Assembly (NCBI GenBank): GCA_002189035.1
Contig: NEEC01000002.1
Coordinates: forward strand, 3,286,001-3,350,000
DNA length: 64,000 nucleotides
Reading direction: 5' to 3'
Source of the DNA: Utricularia gibba
Lineage: Eukaryota; Plantae; Magnoliophyta
The notes below the pieces were generated by a model that was not told the origin of the DNA, did not search any database, and saw only the letters and a list, made by a program, of their open reading frames with translations. Shown one piece after another: positions 52,901-64,000 of this stretch (positions are counted from its first letter, which is position 1; each line of letters starts with the position of its first letter). Position numbers and translations under genes: made by a program.

Positions 52901-53636
52901 TTTTTCTTGTACAGCTGCAGAACAGAACAATTTAGAGTTGATCAAGGAAATTGCTCATCACGGTGGGGATGTGACTCTGCCAAAGAACACCGGATGTACG
53001 GCTCTTCATGTAGCTGTTAGTGAGGCAAACGTCGAAATGGTCAAATTCCTTCTGGACCAGGGTGCTGACATTGATGTCCCCGATGAAAATGGCTGGACCG
53101 CACGAAGCCTGGTGGAACAGCAAGGGCAAGAGGACTTGAAGGTGCTCTTTGAATCCTACCAGGACAACAAGAAGGATGTCAGCGCATCCGCTCATGAAGA
53201 GCGCCGGGGAGTGCGTTTCATGGGCAGAGTGGGAAGTGAGCCCAGCATTCGACTTGAGGGCCTGGAGGACTCCTCAGGGAGGTCCAAAAGGCACAGGCAT
53301 AGGACCAACAACTACTACAACTCTTTGTTCGGGATCATGTCAAAGGCACGTGTTGCGGAGAGTAACCTCGTTCCATCAGCACCGAACAGAGCAGTGAGCA
53401 TGGCGGGGAGCAAAGCTTATGCTGCACGTGTGACAGTTTCCTGCCCAGAGAAAGGGGATCTCGCCGGAAAGTTAGTATTGCTGCCGGCTTCATTTGATGA
53501 ACTGATAAAGATAGGGAAGCAAAAGTACGGTATTTATCCCTGTAAAGTTTTAACTAGCGGCGGAGCTGAGGTCGATGGCATAGAGTTGGTCAGAGACGAA
53601 GATAAACTGGTTTTCAAGAGCGACATCAGCGGGTGA
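49928..53636 (+). CDS. AKT1: Shaker-type inward-rectifying K+ channel, AKT1 clade
   Basis: Eleven exons: 49928-50151, 50271-50636, 50735-50792, 50871-51188, 51306-51551, 51632-51730, 51860-51892, 51973-52158, 52346-52540, 52621-52696, 52792-53636. Total 2646 nt (881 aa). S4 LRLWRLRRV, filter TTVGYGD, cNBD, ankyrin repeats, KHA domain. Confidence 0.95.
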
Positions 53637-55189
53637 TCATCGCGGCAAAGGAAAATCAGTCTGCTGCTGGGTCAAGAAAGATTTGAATAAGACCTGGTTC
53701 AGGGATGTCAGCCTCCGGACGCGGTAAACACCGATTGAAGTTCATGAACAACAATTCAGCAGCTTGGAACCCCTTGTTGCCTGGTTCACAAATGAGTGGG
53801 CCGAAGACAACCTTGTTGATGCTTAACTGCCGGACTCATCATTCACAGAAACACAGAGCCACGCCATGAAACTGTAAAGTAATCATTTGCATGTGCATTA
53901 AGGATATTAGACACTTGACCACGCCGAGAGAATAGAGGAGAAAGTCACTACATACAAAACAACAAATGTACACTGATAGAGTGTTGAAAAAATTGAGGTT
54001 TTGTCTCCGAATTTGCTTTCTTCCAGAGACCACATTGGAGCTTCACTCTTAGACATTTGCCTTATGCGCTAATGTGTACATGGTACGATGAGCATGGAAA
54101 ATGCAGCATGTCGAATAGTGGAGAGAATAACTCAAAGGACACCGGCGAACACTGGAGATTCATAAGTATAAATAGGTTTTAACTCTTTTGTGTAAGAAAA
54201 AAAAAATCAGTTAGAAGTTTATAAGATTTAAAATTATAATGATTAAATTTCAATCCCTTTAATATTAAATTAATAGGTATAGAATAACTCAATGATAATT
54301 GTTGCATGAGGCCCACTTTATTGATAACAAAATCAGCCCATTTTCTTATTGATAATCTGAAATAGACTTCTAGACAAAAATCATCTTTGCGCTAATTTGC
54401 ATTGTGGAAGAGTCACAACTGGCATAAATTCAGGTGACGTGTTGCAACAATAATCATAATTTTACAGGATAAAAATTTGGTATTGTATATCTTAGTGTCT
54501 AGTGTCGTTATCTAAGATATTTTTATTCCAATTTTTCAATTATGTTAGTATGAGACTATAGATAGTCTTACTTCCAAATCTATTACTTACTCACATATAT
54601 TTTGTATTTTCTTACCAAACAAATTTATTTTTAAAATTTTAATTCTAGTTTAAGTGTTGAGTTTTTGTTCTTTTTTTTTTGTTAATACTTAGGCCATGGA
54701 AATAGAAAAACTCTAGAGTTTTTTTTTTCAAACAATAAAGAAATGAAGATAAAATTGAAGAAGATTTTACTATGAGCTCATCCTTAAGTACATATTCTAT
54801 TATTCCCTATACTTCAATGAATTTGAAATAGATAAAAAAAAAAGAAGAAGAAGATAAGAAAATTGAACTACTATTGAAAAAATCAAATTTTTAGAAAAAG
54901 ATCCTACACTATCTACATCGATCTGGTGATATCTAAATAATCAATAAGATGAAATACACAGAGTCTATTTGAAGTTACAACTTATGCGATGGAAATTGAA
55001 GTACATATCTTATGGCAACGTAGGAAAACAATGTTGCTTTCAACAGTCTTAGTTTAGTTGTTTTCCTTGACAACAATATTCAGAAAATAATAAACATAAT
55101 TATTGCTTTCCTTACTACTTATTCAATAAGAATGTACAAAAAAGATGTATACCTCATGTCTTTACTGTATCTAGTTTCTTCAATAGAAA

Positions 55190-57040
55190 AAAGATTAGTG
55201 ATGGCAATAATTGTGCTTTTATTACTCATATAGATTTTGATCCATTATCCGAGAATAATAACTTTAGATACTTGTCAAGCTTTATTCAATCAATCTACTC
55301 ATACAGACAATATTATTAAACACACAATTACAAAAAACTGAAGACAATAATTCACGCTTAAAAGTTTTAGTGGTAGTAAATAGGTGGCTTGTATTTCAAG
55401 GATGTGCATTTGATGATCATGATGAGACATCTAATCAACAAATCAAGGTAATTTTATTGAGATGAATAAATTTTTAGCAGAGTTTAATCATGATATTAAA
55501 AATGTTGTTTTAGAAAAAAAACTCCATACAATGCTAAATATATATCACATGACATTTAGAAGCAAATTTTAATATTAATGCAAGTATTATACAAAAATAC
55601 ATTCATGAAAAGATTGGAGATTCAAAGTTTTATATTATTGCGGATGAAACTTGTGATGTTTCTAACGAGAACGACTGGTATTGATAATTCGATTTGTTGC
55701 AAAGAAGGATATTTGAAAGTGCATTTTTTTAATCTACAAGGGCATTAACTTCCTAACTCTTAAGAATAAATTATGTTCTATTTTATATGAAAGGTGTTTT
55801 AAATAATTTATAAGTATTTTTTTCTTAATGAATGTCCTTATACATATTATATATATTGTAATGAAGATCGATTACAATTTGTTTTAGTTAGAGTTTAAAG
55901 GAGGCGTTCTAAGTTTATACATTTTTTCAGAATCTCAATTTCATTATACATGTAGAATCATCAATAAAATGATATGGAGAATTGAAATAATATCAATTAG
56001 AAGAATTGATTCAAAAGTTAGTAATGAATGATCTTGAGACAGGATAAGGTGTGAATCAAATTGACTCATTACAAACGTCTCAAGATAATATTCTTATTTA
56101 AGTTCTATTTCCAATCTATAGATATTTTTACTAATGTGGGTTTTTTTTTAGCACAATAGTTCTGAAACATCTTCTTTCATAATGTGTCATGATAGAAAAA
56201 TTGCTCTTGGCTATTTATTGAATTTTGAGTTTGTGTTTATCATGTATTTGATGAGATAAATATTATAAATTGTTGTGTCAAGGATTCCAGAAGAAGACTT
56301 GAGATATCATAACTGTTGTAAGTTTTGTGGAATATACAAAACATGTTTTTTAAAAAATGAGAAAATATTTGAGATGATTTTTTAAATAAGGTTTTTTTTT
56401 GTTTTTTTGAGAATCAAGATATTGATGTTTAAAAAAAGATGACATCTATATTTTATGTGGAGTACATGCTCATCATCAACAAGATCACTTTACAAATGAA
56501 GGGTATTATCGAGTTGATGTATTTTTTATTATGATTGATACAAAGCTGCATGAATTAAATCTCATATTCAATAAAAAAATTTATGGATCTATTAACACTT
56601 ATGACTATATTGATTATCAAGAATTTTTTTAAATCATTTTATTATGTTGAAATATGTTTGGTGGTTTATAAATATTATCTAGAAGATTTCACTGGTCGAA
56701 AGATTTTTTAATCAAAAACTTAATTAAGATATTTTGTTGTAGACATTATTCATGATCTAGAAATGTACAATATAGATGCATCAATTAAATTATGTCAGTG
56801 CATAATAGAAAGTGGTAGAAATATGTCAAATTATTTAGTTGATTAACTTTTGCGCTTTGTTTTTCACTTTTTTAATTTCTACAATTAGTACTCAACATAT
56901 AAATTTAGCTTTGAAGATTATCAAGATAAGATTATTCAGTAAAATGGAAGATGAATTTATATTAAATAGTTGATTAATTTATGTTGAAAGCGAAATTTAA
57001 AAAATAAAATTATGATGATATTATTGAAGATTTTAAGAAT
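55190..57040 (+). mobile_element. Decayed hAT transposase (ZMYM1/DUF4371 type)
   Basis: RWLVFQGCAF..HDE..NQGNFIE, NAKYISHDI, NDLETG*GVNQ, YYRVDVFF..ID..LHELN remnants with many stops. Confidence 0.75.
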
Positions 57041-57367
57041 ATGAAAAAAAGAATAAATCTCTAAAATGTAAATATTATATATATATATATGTTTATAATG
57101 AAATAATATAATTCTATATGTTTAACAAATATAAGCATCAACTTTTTATTAATGGAAGCAAAGTGTTGTACCAATCTATCTTATTATCATCATTTAAAGG
57201 CGGCTGAACTTCACAGTATTAAAAATTGCAAAAATCTCACCATTACGAAATAATGGTATTTGAAGATGCGAAAAAATAGTCAGGTTACTACGACGCATCA
57301 GCACCAAAAGCAAGACATGCAATGGATCATAAAAGAACCAACAAGCCCCAGTCATCCCACTCCTTCC

Positions 57368-59581
57368 TTAGTCCACCTCCTCAATTTTGGGACCAGCACC
57401 AGTTGCACTTGGAGCCCCAGCACCATCGTCCATAGGAACATCCCCACCCTGGTACATTTTTGCAATGATGGGGTTGCAGATGCTCTCGAGTTCCTTCATC
57501 TTGTCTTCAAATTCATCAGCCTCAGCAAGCTGGTTTCCATCAAGCCATTGGATGGCGGAATCAACAGCATCCTCAATCTTCTTCTTGTCAGCTGCAGGCA
57601 GCTTGGAAGCAATCTTCTCATCCTTGACAGTGTTTCTCATGTTGTACGCATAATTCTCCAAAGCATTTTTAGCTTCTACCTTCTTCTTGTGTTCTTCATC
57701 CTCAGATTTGTACTTTTCTGCTTCCTGAACCATTTTCTCAATTTCCTCCTTGGAAAGTCTGCCTTTGTCATTGGTGATTGTGATCTTATTCTTCTGGCCA
57801 GTGGTTTTGTCCTCAGCAGAAACGTTCAGGATACCATTTGCATCTATATCGAAACAGACAGTAATCTGAGGGACTCCCTTGGGGCTGGTGGAATTCCCGA
57901 CAGCTCAAATTTTCCAAGCAAGTTGTTGTCCCTGGTTCGAGTACGCTCTCCTTCGTAAACCTGAATTAACACACCTGGCTGATTGTCAGAGTAGGTAGAG
58001 AATACCTGCTCCTTCTTAGTGGGAACAGTAGTATTCCTTGGGATCAACACAGTCATCACTCCACCAGCAGTTTCAAGACCAAGGGATAGAGGAGCAACGT
58101 CTAGAAGTAACAGGTCTTGCACTTTCTCGTTACCCTCACCACTCAGGATAGCAGCCTGAACTGCAGCACCATATGCAACCGCTTCATCGGGGTTAATGCT
58201 CTTACACAGCTCTTTTCCATTGAAAAAATCCTGCAGCAGCTGTTGCACCTTGGGTATCCTTGTGGAACCACCAACCAGAACTACATCGTGAACGCTGCTT
58301 TTGTCCATCTTGGCATCCCTTAGACACTTTTCAACTGGCTCCATACACTTCCTGAACAAATCCATGTTGAGCTCCTCAAACCTTGCACGAGTGATGGTAG
58401 AGTAGAAATCAATACCCTCAAAAAGAGAGTCAATCTCAATAGTGGTTTGTGCGGTGGATGAGAGGGTCCTCTTTGCTCTCTCACAAGCAGTCCTCAATCT
58501 CCTAAGTGCTCTAGGATTTCCACCGATGTCCTTTTTATTTTTCCTCTTAAATTCCTGAGCAAAATGGTTCACCATTCTGTTGTCAAAATCTTCACCACCA
58601 AGGTGAGTGTCACCTGCAGTGGCCTTAACCTCAAAGATACCCTCCTCAATTGTTAGAAGAGAAACATCGAACGTGCCTCCTCCAAGATCAAAGATCAAGA
58701 CATTCTTCTCTCCAACACTGGTTGCTTTCTTGTCTAGGCCATAAGCTATGGCAGCAGCCGTTGGCTCATTGATTATACGCATGACATTCATTCCAGAAAT
58801 AACGCCGGCATCTTTTGTGGCTTGACGTTGAGAGTCATTGAAGTAAGCTGGGACAGTCACAACAGCATTTTTCACGGTCGAACCAAGATATGCCTCCGCA
58901 ATCTCCTTCATCTTCATCAAGACCATGGAGGAAATTTCCTCAGCTGCAAATTGCTTTTCTTCAGCCTTGTAGTTCACAACAATCATGGGCTTGCCAGCTG
59001 GTCCCGATACCACCTTGAAAGGCCATAACTTAATGTCACTCTGAACAGAGGCATCAGTGAACCTCCTCCCAATCAACCTCTTTGCATCTGCGGACAATAT
59101 ACAGAAAAATTGCAGCATGCTAGGTGATGCACTGTAGTAGATTACCTCATCATAAAATTGCAACATCCCCCACACGGGTACAATAAAGAGTGGGCCAATA
59201 GATTTCAAATCCAAGCATGAGAACAACAACCAACTTCGTAATCAAATGTGATATAGCAACAGATCGATGCAATTACGTTGGCATTCGACATCGGGGATTT
59301 ACCATCTTTCCAGAAGATCGCCATTCAAATAATAATAATAAAAATAACAGAATATCTGGCATCTTACCAAAGACAGTGTTGATCGGATTCATAGCCACTT
59401 GATTTTTAGCAGCATCGCCAATAAGCCTTTCGTTATCAGTGAAGGCAACATACGACGGTGTCGTCCGGTTTCCCTGGTCGTTGGCGATGATTTCAACCCG
59501 ATCGTGCTGCCACACTCCGACACATGAATATGTCGTTCCGAGATCAATACCGATTGCAGGACCTTCTTCTTTCCCTGCCAT
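57368..59581 (-). CDS. HSP70: Cytosolic heat shock protein 70 (HSC70/HSP70); contains a 1-nt frameshift
   Basis: Exon 1 59581-59368 (214 nt, GIDLGTTYS) and exon 2 59087-57368, ending GPKIEEVD. The frame breaks at PPAPR|GVPQI (57876-57878); adding one G gives 644 aa. Confidence 0.95.
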
Positions 59582-59690
59582 TGGCTCACAACCCAAATGG
59601 AAGAGGAGAACAAACAAAAATGACCGGAGAGGAAGATCTGGTTCACTGTGAATGATAAATAAGTATTATGGCAGTTGGCAGGGGCCGGCG

Positions 59691-59731
59691 AGTATAAAGC
59701 AAGCAAACATACGTGTTTTCTAGAACGTTCT
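59691..59731 (-). promoter_or_regulatory. Perfect three-unit heat shock element plus TATA-like box of HSP70
   Basis: TTCtaGAAcgTTC at 59718-59730 (alternating nGAAn/nTTCn). TTTATA on the minus strand at ~59693-59698. Confidence 0.85.
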
Positions 59732-60299
59732 GAGCCCTCTACATATTCAATCGTAGTGGGGCCCTAAACTCCACCTTCAGTGGGATTGGATTTTGACACA
59801 TTCTACGGAAGGATAAATTACATCCGCTTACGCAAGATTCTAAATCACAAATAGTGCCATTGTTTTTAATTGGGTGTTTAACAGCAATAATACTCACTCC
59901 TTGTCTTTATCACAAAAACAATCCACAAATTCTTAATAATCATACTAATTACTTAAAAATTAGGTATAATTCATTTTTACTATTTCAAAATCACGTAAAA
60001 TTAATTTTTGTTTTTTTCAAAAATTAATATATATACTATCCAAAAGTTTATTAACAAGATACAGTCTAAGATGACAATTATCAAATTTGCATTCAATAAG
60101 GGATTTTGCATCAAATTATTTAAAAATAACACTTGGCAATTACTGATGAACGATTTTTTGTTGGATGGGATGAGAATAGTGATGAACATGTTGTATTTGA
60201 AAGTATCAAGACATCAAATTGTTTTATTTTAGACAAAGATCTGATTTTATGCATTTATGATTTTAGTGCTTCTTATCATCGAATTGCCTTAGTTTTAAT

Positions 60300-62250
60300 A
60301 TATACTAAATCTTTTAATCAAGACAAACAGTGAATGCATTATCTTTCATATAGCAAGCATAAAACTCTTTGATGTACCTCTAATTAGGGTTGATCTATGA
60401 TGAATATACCATTAATTTTCCTTTTTAGATCTATCATGATTTGTTAAGAAACAAGTGTAATTATAGACTTAGTCTGGTTTAATCAACAATGAGATGTTTG
60501 TCTCCTTTGGTTCCAATATACCATTTGATGCTTAACTACTCATATAGAAGAAAAATAAAATAAGTTCATAACATAACATCAACAACATGTCCACATTCAC
60601 CGCTTGAAAGTAAGAAAATAAATAGTGACTATTAAGAAAACAGTTTCAAAACGAAAAGTTAAAGTATTTCTTGCAATCTACTCTCAACTGAGAGTAGTGT
60701 TTTTCCTAGACTGTCTTCAAGAGAGCTGACTTCTTCATCCTCTTAGTGGTTCTTATTCTGCGATTTTTTTCCCAAATCCCTTTTTCTCTCTCCATCTCGT
60801 CTCTCTTCTTGTCCAAAATCTTATTTTTTCCTCTCCATGGATTTTGCGCATTATCTCTCCCTCCTTTTGTCTCCATTTTCTATCATATTCACTATGCTCT
60901 TTCGGCTCTGTGAGATTTGGGTTGTGAAAAACGTGTTGCATTGCTAAAACAAAATGATTAAAACAAAGATTGAGGTGAATCCATGATTTAGTAAATATGT
61001 AAATAGCACTAATAAATGCAAAAATATAGAAATACTTGACAAAATTCTAATTCTATAGCATAATATTTCCTATTTTCTAATTCTAAAATACTGAAATAAT
61101 AAACAAAAATTTTACAACGTCATTTAAATTGTAAATTTCTCCTATTAAATAAATTTATAATCTAATATACATTCAAACATAATTCAATTATGAGCATAGT
61201 GTTTAGGGTCTAACACGAAGAGCAAGTGCTTGTCATGTGATTATCAATGCATGCAATCAGTGTGATGTTGATAGATTTGTTCTTAATGAGGACTAAGATA
61301 GAATTACGATAGAATATAATAAAGAAAAGTAATAAACTTTTGAACTCAATTGTTCCTAGAATGAAATGAGTGATATCTTGGTATTCCTAGGGAATGTATG
61401 CTTATCACTAAAACCCACTCACACAAACCATAAATCAAACATCTAACAAAAAAGTCTAGGTTTATCTGAACTCTTGTTTTCCTCCTAATCTTTGGTCTAC
61501 TTCTAATTAGAGTTATTAAGATGAGTTTTACAACTTCCCCCTCCTGGATCTATCCTGATTTGTTAAGGAAGTGGTGTGAATTATGATCTAAAAATTGATC
61601 AGTACATTTCTTCCATTTTCACCCCAAGGCACCCCTAAGTATTTAGCCACTCATGCTTAAGGTAAATGAAAATGAAAAGTAAAACATTATCCACATTGTA
61701 CTTATCTCATAGTCCATTACCAGAAAATAAACAATCAAGGAATTTAAAAAGTTCAACATAAAACTAGAACTGTCGCTAGCTACTCTTAGCTGAGAGTAAT
61801 ATTCTTTGGAAATAGAAAATAGTCTGCAGACATCAGCTTCTTTTCTGGTTCGTCTTCCTTCTTCTTCCCCAGAATTCTTCTCTAGAAAGAATGTGTCATG
61901 TGCCCCAATGGGGGAGATATCGTTTCTCTCTCCATCTTGTCTCATTTTGTGTCCAAAATCCTCTTTTTTCATCTCCTTGGATTTTGTGTCCTTCTTTTCA
62001 TACTTTTGTCTCATCCTCTACCACTACACTATTTATATCCGGCTTCTTAGGATTTGGGTTGTCGACATGCGTTGCATTGCTCAAAGAAAACTATTAGAAC
62101 TAATATTGGGACTAAATCGATTTAGTCTCAACTAGGAATAAAAAGTTCAACTATGATATTATTCGCAAAAACATAAAAATAGGCAATAAAGCTTAAATTT
62201 TATAGTATAATATGAATTATTTCCTAGTATTCAATTACTCAAAAATATAT
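60300..62250. repeat. Two diverged tandem copies (~1.13 kb period) of an LTR-like unit
   Basis: 60380~61500, 60780~61920 (TCTCTCTCCATCT.GTCTC..TGTCCAAAATC..GATTTGGGTTGT..GTTGCATTGCT) and 60985~62120 align. Confidence 0.7.
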
Positions 62251-62559
62251 GTTATCATGAAAAGTATGCATTATCAAAAACATACATTTTAATCTATGGA
62301 TATTATTATAGATAGCAACTACTACTTCAGATGTATATACATTGATTCAAAGGTACATATTCAAAACTTTGTAGTGTATTTTCATCAAGTTTGTTGTCAT
62401 TTACTTTATATTGCTGGCCATGTGATAAAAGTAAAAGGAAAATTACTCCTTGCTATAACTTCAAACACGAACAAAAACATTTTCCCACTGGATCATGCAT
62501 TACCATAAAGTGAGAGCAAACACAATCTGACTTGGTTCTTAAAAAAATTGTTCTTGATA

Positions 62560-63010
62560 TAAGTATCTTAGAGAAGAACGAAGTATATTTTATGGATTTC
62601 TTTGGGCATTTTACCATGTATTTTCATAGATTCAGGTAGATACCCATGTTTCAGAGATACATAGTTGGTATATTGATATTATATATCATGTTGTTTTATT
62701 CTTTTGGTACATAATGCCCATCATCTTATGAAAAAGGTGGTTCAAACCATACAACTAAAAGCAGCGATTGTGAATATTATATGAAAAACTGCAAAGTTTG
62801 GTTAGAGGTGAACTTTGATTGCTGGATGGATATATTGAATGATAACTCAATGAAGTAACATTTCCCTTTTGTCCTATCATTTCTTTATGTACTTGAGCTA
62901 CCACCGCCTTCTTCAAATTGCATACTCTTTCCATATGCCCTTTTTGGTTGCAAAATACAAAGGTCATCATTGGATTCTACCAACATTTTTTGGGAATGTA
63001 GGAGTTGGCT
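62560..63010 (-). mobile_element. Copia-like gag remnant (degenerate zinc knuckle)
   Basis: ORF 62755-62970 FVFCNQKGHMERVC resembles CX2CX4HX4C with the first Cys lost. Confidence 0.4.
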
Positions 63011-63249
63011 ATTTTACAATAACACAATATGGTAAGCTCATCTAGTATCTTTAGTGGTTTTTAAAAATGTTGGCATGGCTTTCATTTACTGAGTTTCCTT
63101 TATGAAATTTCCTAATATCCTTTATCAATTTTCGGAAACGTTCTTTATAATTTAAAGATAAATTTCATAATATTAAAATATTTCCAAAATAAAACATGAT
63201 ACGAAATTAGTTGAACAACTAATAATCATAAAATACATCAATTGAAATT

Positions 63250-63740
63250 TGCCCAAATATTCTCGATCAAATCTTTTTTCAAGCAACGATGGATATTGCT
63301 ATCATGGGAATACTCTACTTGACCTAGATAATTTTGCATGTTTACTCCAACATCTCTATAATTTTTTGACCATCATAGATTAACCATACTCATCGACAAT
63401 GGTATTTTCAGAATTAAAATATCCTTTACTTTTAACAATCATATTATGCAGTATAATACATATATATATAATATTCCTAAAGCTTTTCGATCCCAAGCTC
63501 TTGTGGAAGATGTTAGTATCCCGAATAGACTTTGCAATATTCCAAAATTATGTTCTATGTCTTTTTTAGCACTCCCTTTGAAATGAACAAAAATACGTGC
63601 TTTTTGCCCCTGTGGAAGTGCAATAGATTTCATGAATACAGCCCAATCAAGAAAATGCCATTAGCCAAATAATATCTCATATCGTAAGCAGCACAATTTA
63701 TTTTGAATTGTACTCAAGGGGCAACATCGTTATGTGATAT
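63250..63740 (-). mobile_element. PIF/Harbinger-like DDE nuclease remnant
   Basis: ORF 63439-63633 PQGQKARIF..KKDIEHNFGILQSLFGIL..RAW..CII matches the RKDVERAFGVLQ.RF motif of plant Harbinger transposases. Confidence 0.7.
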
Positions 63741-64000
63741 TGAGAAATGAAGAATGCAACATTGAGATCATTATTTGCACCTGGCATTCCAAAAAAAACA
63801 TGTAAAATCTACGTATTTGCAGATGTGATATTTGAAAACTAGAATTAGAATAGGAGGAAAAGAAAAGGTAGAATAGAGAAAGATTATATATGCAATCATG
63901 ACCAATCATAAAGCGCCATGTGTTTTCATTGGCTCGCGACAACACATATAAAACATGCAGCCTGTCCAATCAGAGAGTGCCATGTGTTTTAATATGGTGT

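Noticed and set aside
57260-57958. 232-aa plus-strand ORF
   Set aside because: Long antisense ORFs are a known by-product of HSP70 codon usage.
59088-59367. C/D snoRNA in the HSP70 intron (ATGATGA on the minus strand)
   Set aside because: No downstream CTGA D box or terminal stem.

Overview
Plant (probably eudicot) nuclear DNA: compact islands of short-intron genes separated by AT-rich, heavily decayed transposon debris. I spliced nine genes by hand: RPT4 (-), PHD-homeodomain PRH (+), RPL7 (+), CIA2-like CCT factor (+), OSTC (+, intronless), an NAD(P)-binding Rossmann protein (+), a small coiled-coil protein (-, main exon only), an AKT1-type K+ channel (+) and cytosolic HSP70 (-). There is also a tRNA-Lys(UUU) gene and the 5' end of an unidentified gene at the left edge. 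TE remnants include MULE, hAT, PIF/Harbinger, MITEs, Gypsy/Athila and Copia. Best leads: (1) the tRNA-Lys starts 35 nt after the coiled-coil gene's stop on the same strand, suggesting a dicistronic mRNA-tRNA; (2) PRH is bracketed by two collinear, inverted ~3.6-3.9 kb MULE copies; (3) AKT1 has two consecutive GC-AG introns; (4) HSP70 and CIA2 each lack one G in an AGGGA context, probably a sequencing artefact but untested; (5) a ~320-bp foldback lies between convergent 3' ends. All alignments were by eye; no database search was run.
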